From positions 10,017 to 74,016 of the IMG/VR virus record IMGVR_UViG_2974606986_000001: a stretch of DNA of 64,000 bases; one strand, written 5' to 3'. Below the pieces are notes generated by a model. That model ran no database searches. It was not told the origin of the DNA and was given only the letters and a program-made list of their open reading frames with translations. Source of the DNA: a virus. Shown piece by piece: positions 53,904 to 62,079 of this stretch. Numbering within the stretch: position 1 is the first letter of the stretch; the number at the start of each line of letters is the position of its first letter. Made by a program: the position numbers and the translations under genes.

Positions 53904-54722
53904 TTAATAATCCAGTGGCGGGGTGTCGTCGTCAGTCTGAACGCCGTCCATTGCATCGGCAACGTTGGCGGCTTCTGCTGCGACGGCCTGGGCGTCAGCT
54001 TCGCGCTGCGCTTCTTCAGCGGCAAGGCGTGCGGCTTCTGCGGCTTCCTTCGCTTTAATCTGCGCAGGTGTCGGGCCAGTCACTTTCGGGCCTGCTGCCG
54101 GACCGTTCACCTTTGGACCTGCTGCCGGGCCAGTCACTTTCGGGCCTGCTGCCGGGCCATTGCCTTTGTTCATTTTTGCAGTAGCCGCAGCGACAGCCGC
54201 TTCTTTTGAAGGGTGCGCTTCGAACGCTTCAGGTTTCTTGCGAAACACACCGGCAACCCACTGGTTATAGGTTTCAGCGCCGGTTTCCTGATTGGTGCCA
54301 GCCATTGCGCGGATTTTCACCAACATCGGTTTGTTCTGGAACGCTTCCAGCAGGTCAACGATATCTGGTGCTTCACCGGCAGCCATGAATGCGCCAGCGT
54401 TCATGTGCAGATCCATGAAGGCCAGAACGTCCAGGGCCTGATCGCGCTGGGTATTTTTGCGGGACATAACGCGCAGCGCCTGCTTCACGTTTACGCCAGC
54501 GAATTCACCCTGTTCGATGATGTTCCAGGTAAATTTATAGCCGTCATATTCATACAGGTCTTCTTCGAAATCTTCATCACGAACCTTGTTCATTTCGATG
54601 TCGGTGATGATGGCCTGTACCATGGTATTGTCGGGAATTCGGACCAGTTTTCCGCTTTCCGCGCCTTCCTGCTCCATGGTTGCTTCTGCTGCGACGCCCG
54701 TTGATTTTGCCCAAAATGACAT
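53904..54722 (-). CDS. Phage single-stranded DNA-binding protein
   Basis: IPDNTMVQAII, NQWVAGV, low-complexity linker, acidic tail DDDTPPLDY. Confidence 0.7.
   Translation of the reverse strand: MSFWAKSTGVAAEATMEQEGAESGKLVRIPDNTMVQAIITDIEMNKVRDEDFEEDLYEYDGYKFTWNIIEQGEFAGVNVKQALRVMSRKNTQRDQALDVLAFMDLHMNAGAFMAAGEAPDIVDLLEAFQNKPMLVKIRAMAGTNQETGAETYNQWVAGVFRKKPEAFEAHPSKEAAVAAATAKMNKGNGPAAGPKVTGPAAGPKVNGPAAGPKVTGPTPAQIKAKEAAEAARLAAEEAQREADAQAVAAEAANVADAMDGVQTDDDTPPLDY
54071..54160 (-). repeat. 27-bp coding repeat (GPAAGPKVT, 3-4 copies)
   Basis: CACTTTCGGGCCTGCTGCCGG recurs; protein GPAAGPKVTGPAAGPKVNGPAAGPKVTGP. Confidence 0.8.
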
Positions 54723-54725
54723 ACT

Positions 54726-55580
54726 TTATTCCTCTGTGATGTCCGTTCCGCGATAATACGGAATCAGTGATAGTAATGGATTTTCGAATGGTGGAACTTC
54801 GATTTTTGGTTCAAGGCTCCAGCGGTTTTTCGCGTTTGGAAAGCCCATGTTCCCTTCGCTGGTAGTAACGAGAATGCGCTTGCCCGTTGATGCCGACTTG
54901 CCCAGCTTAGTCACTACCCCTTTGGTGTTCGTTTCACGGCCCCGGATGAACTCTTCAATGCGAAGATACAAAACCGCGTCTGACTGATCGATGTACATCG
55001 CGCCACATTTGGCCGCCATGTTCAGATCCCAAATGGTGTGTTCTTCGGCGTCCGGTTTATTGCGGATTTTGCGGATCTCAGTGTGGCCGGTAAACACGAT
55101 GGTCATGTTCCAGCGGTCACGGATCTTTTTGCAAATCTCAATCAGTGAGTAATGCCAGCGCGCCAGAACGATATAGCATTTCTGGAAACCGCCGCAGCAG
55201 TCTTCCACGTTTTCTTTGTTCTCAATGGCGCATAGCTCTTCTTCAAACATTTTTTGCAGAACGGTGATTGAGTCTAAAGCCAGCGTGCCGCCCTGGTAAC
55301 CCTGCGGGTCATTCAGGATGGACTTAAGCAACGCCATCAGCGCTTTGCGGGTGCTGATGCCGCGTTCTTTTTCCGTGATCGGAATCGGCGGAAGAAAGTC
55401 CGGTTGCGCGGCAAGGTCCCATGTCTGAAACGTTGCCTTTGAATCCTCTATCGGGATCCACAGAGTAAGCCCCGGCGTGAACAGCGCTGCAAGCGTGGAC
55501 TTACCACAACCGGCCAGACCGCCGATAGTGAAAATCCCTGGCTTCATCACATCGCCTGGTTTCTCTGTCGTGAATGCCAT
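54726..55580 (-). CDS. AAA_24 / Sak4-like P-loop ATPase (recombinase)
   Basis: GLAGCGKS Walker A, LALDSIT Walker B, VFTGH, AKNRW; start may be further upstream. Confidence 0.85.
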   Translation of the reverse strand: MAFTTEKPGDVMKPGIFTIGGLAGCGKSTLAALFTPGLTLWIPIEDSKATFQTWDLAAQPDFLPPIPITEKERGISTRKALMALLKSILNDPQGYQGGTLALDSITVLQKMFEEELCAIENKENVEDCCGGFQKCYIVLARWHYSLIEICKKIRDRWNMTIVFTGHTEIRKIRNKPDAEEHTIWDLNMAAKCGAMYIDQSDAVLYLRIEEFIRGRETNTKGVVTKLGKSASTGKRILVTTSEGNMGFPNAKNRWSLEPKIEVPPFENPLLSLIPYYRGTDITEE

Positions 55581-55658
55581 ATACAACCCCTTGCGGCTTA
55601 TGCTATGCCGCGCTATATTGCCCTTGCTCATTGTGTGACGTGTCCGCCACACCGTAGA

Positions 55659-55686
55659 AGCCCTGGCTTAATCCCCAGGGCTTTTT
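55659..55686 (+). terminator. Hairpin with U-tract on plus strand
   Basis: AAGCCCTGG-CTTAATCC-CCAGGGCTT-TTT. Confidence 0.6.
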
Positions 55687-55704
55687 CGTTTCTGGCGGGG
55701 AGTG

Positions 55705-55737
55705 ATATTAATCAATTATATCGCCCGTCGTCAACCG
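55705..55737 (-). promoter_or_regulatory. Variant of conserved promoter for recombination/replication genes
   Basis: CGG-TTGACG(55734-29)-18 bp-TAATAT. Confidence 0.65.
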
Positions 55738-55775
55738 ATTTAAATCATTGAATCGCTCAGTGTTTGCGCGATCAG

Positions 55776-56180
55776 TTATGGCAGGATATCCGCAACGAAA
55801 TTGTATTCTTTGTACATGTCCACGACGATAGTTGCGGGCCTGCCCTTCAGCGCCTTCTGCCACACCCTAGCGTCGCGATTCGGTATTAAGTCGGCCCGTT
55901 CATGCCTGTCAGGTACAACCACATCCAGAAGCGGTTTTATGCGCCCAGGTTTCGCCGCCTTTACGCGGTAATTCACCTCATGGTTATTGAACCTGCCGCT
56001 GGTAATGCGGAACGTGAAGATCCTGTCGATGCCACCCAGCGTTCCATCAGCCTTTCGAAAACTCACCGCGACGATTTCCGCCGGGTGCCGGGTGCGTGCC
56101 GGGATTAACCCGGCGTCGCTGGTGGCCTGCTCTGCGGGCTTTGCCGTGCTGAACCATCGTGACCAGTCGTAAAGGATCAT
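55776..56180 (-). CDS. Hypothetical protein
   Basis: 134-aa ORF coupled to primase. Confidence 0.6.
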   Translation of the reverse strand: MILYDWSRWFSTAKPAEQATSDAGLIPARTRHPAEIVAVSFRKADGTLGGIDRIFTFRITSGRFNNHEVNYRVKAAKPGRIKPLLDVVVPDRHERADLIPNRDARVWQKALKGRPATIVVDMYKEYNFVADILP

Positions 56181-58957
56181 CGTGCCGCCAGCTCCTTACC
56201 TTTTTTCGTCAGCCAGATGCGCGTGTAGTCATCATCTGAACCGTTCGTGGCGATGATCTGCGCCGCCTTCAGTTCGCCGACGCGCCGGGACAGGAAGTCC
56301 GACCCTTTCATCTTCGGATTTGTCATCTGCTTGTTGATCTTCTTCGCCGTCGAATTCTTTTCAAGCCGCTGGCGGAATGATGACCGGGGCATATATTTTT
56401 CTTGATCGGTCCGCTTAAGGATTTTCAGGATGACTTCAGTCAGCGCGACTTTCGCATCCTTCTCCGACCCTTCCCATTCGTTCTGCTTCAGCATGGACCG
56501 CGACGCGGACAAGTGGCCTTCACACAGTCGAAGTGCAGTTCGCACGATCTCCGGTGTTATCACCCAGCTATTCCCGGCAGCCAGTATCGATGAGACGGCA
56601 TAGACACGTTCGCGGATCCTGCGGTTCAGGCCGCCCATTTCCGGGTGATTATAGTTGTCGTCATTGGCGATGTATTTGTCATAAATCGCTTCAAACTCGA
56701 CCATGGCGTCATCCTGCGCGCGAACTTCCATGCCCGCCATGGCCTGGTTCGATATCTCCTGAAGAATCGCGGCCAGCTCATGAAACTCTACGGCCTCCGA
56801 TGGCGGAACATCCTTGCGCTGCGGCGGTGCGCCATAACCGCAATCGAACACCAGTGAACGCCCTGTCAGTCCGCTGCCGACCGTCTCCGCGTTAATATAC
56901 TTCTCAAACTTCACCGGCGTTGACGATGCCATCAGATTGAAATGGATCCCCTTAATGCCGGTTTTAAGGTCCTCCATTTTGTACTGGATATGCTCAACCC
57001 TTGCCGACAGCTTGCGGATCTCTGCGTCGCATTCCTCCTGGGTTTTCACTTCCCACACACCCTTCCTGTCGGCGACCTTTTCAATCAGCTTTTCAAACTT
57101 GCCCAGCTCGCGACGCTTCGATTCCAGCATGTCTTCCAGGTGGTTGCGCGCCAGGAACAGGGTATCCGACGTTGCAGCCTTCAGCAGCAGGGCCGCCATG
57201 TTTACCAGATAGGCGGGGGCGCGGTCATTCTCCATGGCTCCGAAGAAGGCGTGAGCCTCATCGATGACCAGACACATTTTCCCGTCGCCCTTTTCCAGGC
57301 CGTACATGAAATCTTTGTCGCTTCGCGTCTCCGGGTAAATCTCGCGCCCAATATGCTGCATCAGTTTGGTGAACACCTTCTGGGGGTGATCCTTGCCGCT
57401 CGCAGTGTCGGCCACAACCAGTGTGATCAGCGACAGCGGCGCATCTGCATAGCCATACGCACCCCATGCAGCACACGACAGGGCCTGAAGCGCTGCCGCT
57501 TCGGCTGCCGGGCGCTGGAATGCCCACGCCGTTTTTTCCATGTGGTCAACGATGCGACCTGCCAGACCAGGCAGGCGGTCCGTTCTGATGTCAGCTGGCC
57601 GTGGTTTCTTCGGTGCTGGTGGGACGGATGCTGGCGCGGCAACGGGTGCCGGTGTTGCCTGCTGATACTCCGGTTTATTCATCACCTTCGCGACGAACTC
57701 CGGCACTTCGCCGAACTCCACGTCGTCTTCAGGGATGTGCATGTCGTGCGGGTCAGCCGGTGCTGCACCTCGCTTGCCCACGGTGGTAGCTTTCCAGCCA
57801 TCACCCCAGCCAGCTGGCCGGACAACCTGTTCCGGCGTCTCTGGCAGTTCCGGCACGTCAGGGAACACCACTTCAGGTTCCTGCGCTGCGGCCTGATCAC
57901 GGGCTTCAATGCGCGCCTGAAGCATGGCGCTTTTTGCTTCGGGGTAACGGCGCATGCCGTCATGGATAGATGCCAGGCTCACATTCTGGAACGCGGCAGC
58001 CAGCACGCCAGACATCGCCCTGACTTCGGGGTCCTGCACCAGTTCGCCGGTGGCTTCGTCCAGGGTTCCCCACGCTGGCCCCTGCGGTCGTACCCAGCCA
58101 TGATCGGCAGCTATGCCGAAGATGGTCCCGATGGTGCGGCCACCGCTTTCGCCGAACGAACGGAACTTCCGGTCGGTTTCGTTTTCGTCGTACTTCGTCG
58201 ACTGCTGCGACCACCGGTCGAAAAGTTCCCAATTTTTCGGGTCGTCCCAATGGGCCAGCGCCATGCCGATGACCAGCCAGTCGTCATAAGGCACATCGTC
58301 ATTCGGGATGGCAAACAGTGCTGATTCCACCAGCGCGGCGGGGGCTTCACCGTGCGGGCCGTCGTAGGCGTCCCACTCCGGGGCCTTGATCAGCTCAATC
58401 AGCGCGGCGGGGGCCGGGCCAATCTCCAGCGGGCTGCCGGTGATCACATCATAAGTGCCGCCGGACTTGTGCAGCGAACCCGCACCCATGACGAAGTGAC
58501 CGGCACCGCGCTTGAAGTCGACACCGGGGAATTCCTTCATGCCGGTGCGCAGCCGGACCTGCCCTTCATCGTGGAAGTAAAAATGGGTGCCGCCGCCGCC
58601 GGTGCTGACCACGAACAGGGATTCATCAGCCAGGTTCATGTCCAGTGCGGCTTCGAGTGCTTCCAGACCTGCTAAGCCACCGTTTCGTGGGTCCACGTCG
58701 ACCACCAGCCAGCCTTCAAGGGCAACGCCATAGTACGGAAGCCCCCTGCGGCCAAACTCCATCTTCAGGCCGTTAAGCGATATGCGGCGATCCTTCTGCC
58801 AGTTTTTCGACTTCGGATGCTTACCAATGGCTTTGCATTGCGAACCACGGTTACAGGTGCAGGACATGCCCCCGACCGCGTTCGGTTCCATTGGCATCAT
58901 GGGGATGATGCGGAAGCCTGCTTCCGCGTAGTGCTGCCAGTACTGGAGATCCTGCAT
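56177..58957 (-). CDS. Bifunctional primase-polymerase with PriCT-2 and DUF3987-like helicase domain
   Basis: VVDVDPRNGG, TGGGGTHFYF, YDDWLVIGMAL..FDRWSQQSTKY, VADTASGKD, VIDEA. Confidence 0.9.
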   Translation of the reverse strand: MQDLQYWQHYAEAGFRIIPMMPMEPNAVGGMSCTCNRGSQCKAIGKHPKSKNWQKDRRISLNGLKMEFGRRGLPYYGVALEGWLVVDVDPRNGGLAGLEALEAALDMNLADESLFVVSTGGGGTHFYFHDEGQVRLRTGMKEFPGVDFKRGAGHFVMGAGSLHKSGGTYDVITGSPLEIGPAPAALIELIKAPEWDAYDGPHGEAPAALVESALFAIPNDDVPYDDWLVIGMALAHWDDPKNWELFDRWSQQSTKYDENETDRKFRSFGESGGRTIGTIFGIAADHGWVRPQGPAWGTLDEATGELVQDPEVRAMSGVLAAAFQNVSLASIHDGMRRYPEAKSAMLQARIEARDQAAAQEPEVVFPDVPELPETPEQVVRPAGWGDGWKATTVGKRGAAPADPHDMHIPEDDVEFGEVPEFVAKVMNKPEYQQATPAPVAAPASVPPAPKKPRPADIRTDRLPGLAGRIVDHMEKTAWAFQRPAAEAAALQALSCAAWGAYGYADAPLSLITLVVADTASGKDHPQKVFTKLMQHIGREIYPETRSDKDFMYGLEKGDGKMCLVIDEAHAFFGAMENDRAPAYLVNMAALLLKAATSDTLFLARNHLEDMLESKRRELGKFEKLIEKVADRKGVWEVKTQEECDAEIRKLSARVEHIQYKMEDLKTGIKGIHFNLMASSTPVKFEKYINAETVGSGLTGRSLVFDCGYGAPPQRKDVPPSEAVEFHELAAILQEISNQAMAGMEVRAQDDAMVEFEAIYDKYIANDDNYNHPEMGGLNRRIRERVYAVSSILAAGNSWVITPEIVRTALRLCEGHLSASRSMLKQNEWEGSEKDAKVALTEVILKILKRTDQEKYMPRSSFRQRLEKNSTAKKINKQMTNPKMKGSDFLSRRVGELKAAQIIATNGSDDDYTRIWLTKKGKELAAR

Positions 58958-59667
58958 TACTTCACATCCCCCTTAATGCGGCTGATGTTCCACCCACGGG
59001 ATTCGAAAAGCAGTTCCAGCTTCAACAGCGCGCCATTCAGCTCAGCGTTTGCGATGGCTGCTGCCTGATTGATTTCCTCAGCGCGCAGGCGCAACACTTC
59101 ATAGTGGCCCAGCATGTCATCGACAGACATTTCCTCATCGTCGTTAGGCTCAACCGGCGTGAAAGGCTGCGGTTCCACAGTCCGGCCACCAGCGGTAACA
59201 TCACCTTCGACCACTTCCCCCAGGCGTTCTTCAATGGGTCTGGTTTGCGGTTGGTAGCCTTCGAACGGTTTAAAATGGCAATCCGCCACCGGCATCAGTT
59301 CGGCATCCCCGCGATCCGTAATACCACGAACTAATTCACTTTGAGCGCGGTGATTTTGTGCGCTTCCCATATGGTATCTGATGACATAAACGTGATCGGC
59401 GAAAATCTTCTGTTCCTGATACTCAAAATTACTGATCGCCTTGCAAAGGGTCACACGGCCACCTAAAACCCTGTATGCCTTTTCCCTGATATCCATTGCG
59501 CGAATATATGATACAAGCCGCGTCCTGAATGACACGTCTGATTCGCCTTTGTAGCGATCCTCAAAACCCCATGCTTTCGACACTGCGTCCAGCTCATGTC
59601 CACTGGCTGCGTTAATTGTTAAATAGTTGTTACTTGATGCACTCATTGTGATTTGTCCGATGCTCAC
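58957..59667 (-). CDS. Hypothetical protein
   Basis: 236-aa ORF; start uncertain. Confidence 0.6.
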   Translation of the reverse strand: MSIGQITMSASSNNYLTINAASGHELDAVSKAWGFEDRYKGESDVSFRTRLVSYIRAMDIREKAYRVLGGRVTLCKAISNFEYQEQKIFADHVYVIRYHMGSAQNHRAQSELVRGITDRGDAELMPVADCHFKPFEGYQPQTRPIEERLGEVVEGDVTAGGRTVEPQPFTPVEPNDDEEMSVDDMLGHYEVLRLRAEEINQAAAIANAELNGALLKLELLFESRGWNISRIKGDVK

Positions 59668-59819
59668 TGAAAGGAATCGGATGATCTATCCAAAAGGGGT
59701 GTTTGTCAATGACCCGAAGATCGTCAACCGACTAACCACCATCGATATGGTGACCGGTCAACATATCTCAGAGCATTTACATTTGCTCATCGTTTAGAAA
59801 CACTTTCGGCCATATTGGC

Positions 59820-59960
59820 CCAAAAGTGGATAAAGTGGATAAGGTATCGGATGACACTAAGAGGGGGTAAGGTACTGTATAGTATATATATATTAATATA
59901 TTTATATATTATATTATTTATATTACAGAATACCCCTCTACACCCTCCCCTTGGGACCCT
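59820..59960. other. Putative replication origin
   Basis: About 60 bp nearly pure A/T core flanked by inverted AGAGGGG(G)TA/TACCCCTCT and CTGTA/TACAG; two tandem TTATCCACT; intergenic divergence point next to primase. Confidence 0.6.
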
Positions 59961-60151
59961 CTCATCAAAATGATCACCCCCATAGAAAAAAGTGTCTATA
60001 TGTCTTAGGGCGCAATTTAATGGATAAATAGCTAATTGTTATTGGTATCAATAACTTAAAGTTTAATTGGCGAAATAACGAACAATCAGAACGGTTGAAA
60101 CCCCATTTTTGCCCCTGACCGCGTCCATTTGCTTAAAGTCGATGACCGACA

Positions 60152-60180
60152 TTGACTTCCGCTGGTGGTTTAATTACTAT
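60152..60180 (+). promoter_or_regulatory. Early sigma70-type promoter
   Basis: TTGACT-17 bp-TACTAT with TAAT extension. Confidence 0.75.
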
Positions 60181-60237
60181 GTGACTTCGAAGACGACATA
60201 ACGAAGATTCACAAAATTTTAACAATCGAGGCAAAAG

Positions 60238-61035
60238 ATGTTCGACATGACAAAAACAGAAATCATCAAGTGTGACCTGAACGGGATCACCTGCGGGATG
60301 GAATGGTCACAACCTGAAGGCCGCGATATGCCGGTGATCAAATTCCGGTTTGAAGAGCACGACACCAACCGGACTATCTTCCACAAAACGAGAATCTTCA
60401 GTCAGCGGGAAGACACCCGCGAAAAAGCGGTCACCGGCCTGAACGAAATCGACCACGCGATGAAAGCTGGTGGCGCTATCGTCAAAGCAGCTTTAGACGT
60501 CGGGCCATACGCTGAAAATCATCGGTCTGATATCGACATCGTAATGGCTGCTGATTTGGATTCGGTGCTGGTGGGCGTTAAGGGGGTGATAGTGGTCTAT
60601 CGCCATTCGGAGTCGACAGATCCGAAGTCCGGGCGGGTTTACACCAGCAGCTTTGTTCATCGGGTGTTGCCGTGGGACGAAAACATCGAAGCGGTGATCA
60701 GCAACGTGCATCCTGATGACTTCATCGGCATGCGTGGTGACGTGGCGAGCTTTTGCCAAACGAAGGAATGGCTGATTGTGCGCCGTGAAGTGCTGAAACT
60801 GTTTGGGGCGCGCTGTTTGTGCTGCGGGGCCACCAGCGCGAATGCGGTGATCACGGTCGATCACATCATCCCGCGAAGCCGGAAGCCAGCGCTGTCGCTA
60901 TCGCCTTCAAACCTTCAGGTGTTGTGCAGAGAGTGCAACGTTGGCAAAGGGTCAGATGACGAAACCGACTATCGAAGCGATGACCAAATCGAAGCGGCTC
61001 GCCGTCTTGAAAAAACGATGACCAGTGACGATTGA
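60238..61035 (+). CDS. HNH endonuclease domain protein
   Basis: C-terminal CLCCG...VDHIIP..RKP..NLQVLCRECNVGK. Confidence 0.85.
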   Translation: MFDMTKTEIIKCDLNGITCGMEWSQPEGRDMPVIKFRFEEHDTNRTIFHKTRIFSQREDTREKAVTGLNEIDHAMKAGGAIVKAALDVGPYAENHRSDIDIVMAADLDSVLVGVKGVIVVYRHSESTDPKSGRVYTSSFVHRVLPWDENIEAVISNVHPDDFIGMRGDVASFCQTKEWLIVRREVLKLFGARCLCCGATSANAVITVDHIIPRSRKPALSLSPSNLQVLCRECNVGKGSDDETDYRSDDQIEAARRLEKTMTSDD

Positions 61036-61060
61036 CGGTTACCGAATTACGGGTTATATT
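61032..61060 (+). promoter_or_regulatory. Sigma70-type promoter
   Basis: TTGACG(61032-37)-17 bp-TATATT(61055-60). Confidence 0.65.
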
Positions 61061-61066
61061 CTCCGT

Positions 61067-61152
61067 GCCTGAATGACAAGCTCGACGTTATAAGAATAGC
61101 TCTGTTGCTGATTTGACCCTGGCGGGTTGTCCGACTCGCCAGGGTTTTTTTT
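61067..61152 (+). ncRNA. Candidate ~85-nt small RNA
   Basis: Promoter directly followed by terminator; only a 6-codon ORF without clear RBS between them. Confidence 0.4.
61116..61152 (+). terminator. Strong rho-independent terminator
   Basis: ACCCTGGCGGGTT-GTCC-GACTCGCCAGGGT then a T run. Confidence 0.85.
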
Positions 61153-61219
61153 CGCCTGCGGATTGACTGTCGGTTACCGTGTGGTAAATTCCGTGTCGAC
61201 AACCTATCAGGGCCGGACA

Positions 61220-61483
61220 ATGAAAACCGAAATTGACTGCATCGTGTATCACAATCTCACCATGGAAGCGGCCTGCGTTGAACGCCGCGTGAATGACTCC
61301 GACATCACCAAAGCCAGAAAGGCAAAGCTGTACACTGACGCTGGCATCTGCTGGCTTCAGGCAATGCGCCGCAGCAAGCGCGACGAAGTCACATATGCCG
61401 AACGCCGCCTGGACTTCTGCCGGGCAGCACTCATCCGGCTGGGTCGCCATGACCTGGCCCAACAACTGGACGCCACCCGATGA
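61220..61483 (+). CDS. Hypothetical protein
   Basis: ATG 61220; tiles with next gene. Confidence 0.6.
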   Translation: MKTEIDCIVYHNLTMEAACVERRVNDSDITKARKAKLYTDAGICWLQAMRRSKRDEVTYAERRLDFCRAALIRLGRHDLAQQLDATR

Positions 61484-61974
61484 AAAACGAACACCCAATG
61501 GACACACTTCAGAATTACGTCGCTATGGCCGAAAACTTTAAATCGTTCCAGGTTGACCCACGTTCATGCAGTGAACTGGCCGCAGCGATTAAATGGCTGA
61601 TTGCTGATCGTCATAACCACCTGAACCGTGTCGCTCTGCTGCGCCAGCGACCGGACCTTCCTGTCGACCGGATCCATGCTTATCGCGAAATGGAACGGTT
61701 GCAGCGCCTTGAACAGGAATTACTGACGCCGCGTGAAGGTGGAGAGTTTTACGGCCTGACCGCCAAACAGGTCAGTGAATGGGCGTGGGAAAATGGCGGG
61801 CTGATGTCCCGTGCTGAATTCGCGTCGCTCTGTCAGCTGGCGCTTGAACGTATGGAAGAGTTCATCGATCCGCGCGGCGTCACCTGGACACCGCCGACGG
61901 CATACGCCTATGCGTGCGTTTGCAGCGCGCTCCATCAGGCCCGCGAAAAACTGACGCTGGCAGGCATCGAATAG
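61480..61974 (+). CDS. Hypothetical protein
   Basis: 164-aa ORF, ATGA overlap. Confidence 0.65.
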   Translation: MKNEHPMDTLQNYVAMAENFKSFQVDPRSCSELAAAIKWLIADRHNHLNRVALLRQRPDLPVDRIHAYREMERLQRLEQELLTPREGGEFYGLTAKQVSEWAWENGGLMSRAEFASLCQLALERMEEFIDPRGVTWTPPTAYAYACVCSALHQAREKLTLAGIE

Positions 61975-61998
61975 GGGTGAAAAAAACTTTCAACAAAA

Positions 61999-62030
61999 CG
62001 GTTGACGACATGCGATAGTTTAATTACTAT
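61999..62030 (+). promoter_or_regulatory. Early sigma70-type promoter, full conserved motif
   Basis: CGG-TTGACG(62002-07)-AC...TAAT-TACTAT(62025-30), 17-bp spacer. Confidence 0.85.
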
Positions 62031-62079
62031 CTTCATCAACGGCGACAGGGGTCGCCCACTTAAGCCAACAGGAACAACC

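Noticed and set aside
56942-58324. 460-aa plus-strand ORF
   Set aside because: Entirely antisense to the well-supported primase-helicase; no motifs or RBS; typical GC-rich shadow ORF
59722-59730. TCGTCAACCG half-site as another early promoter
   Set aside because: No acceptable -10 at 16-18 bp; may belong to the origin region
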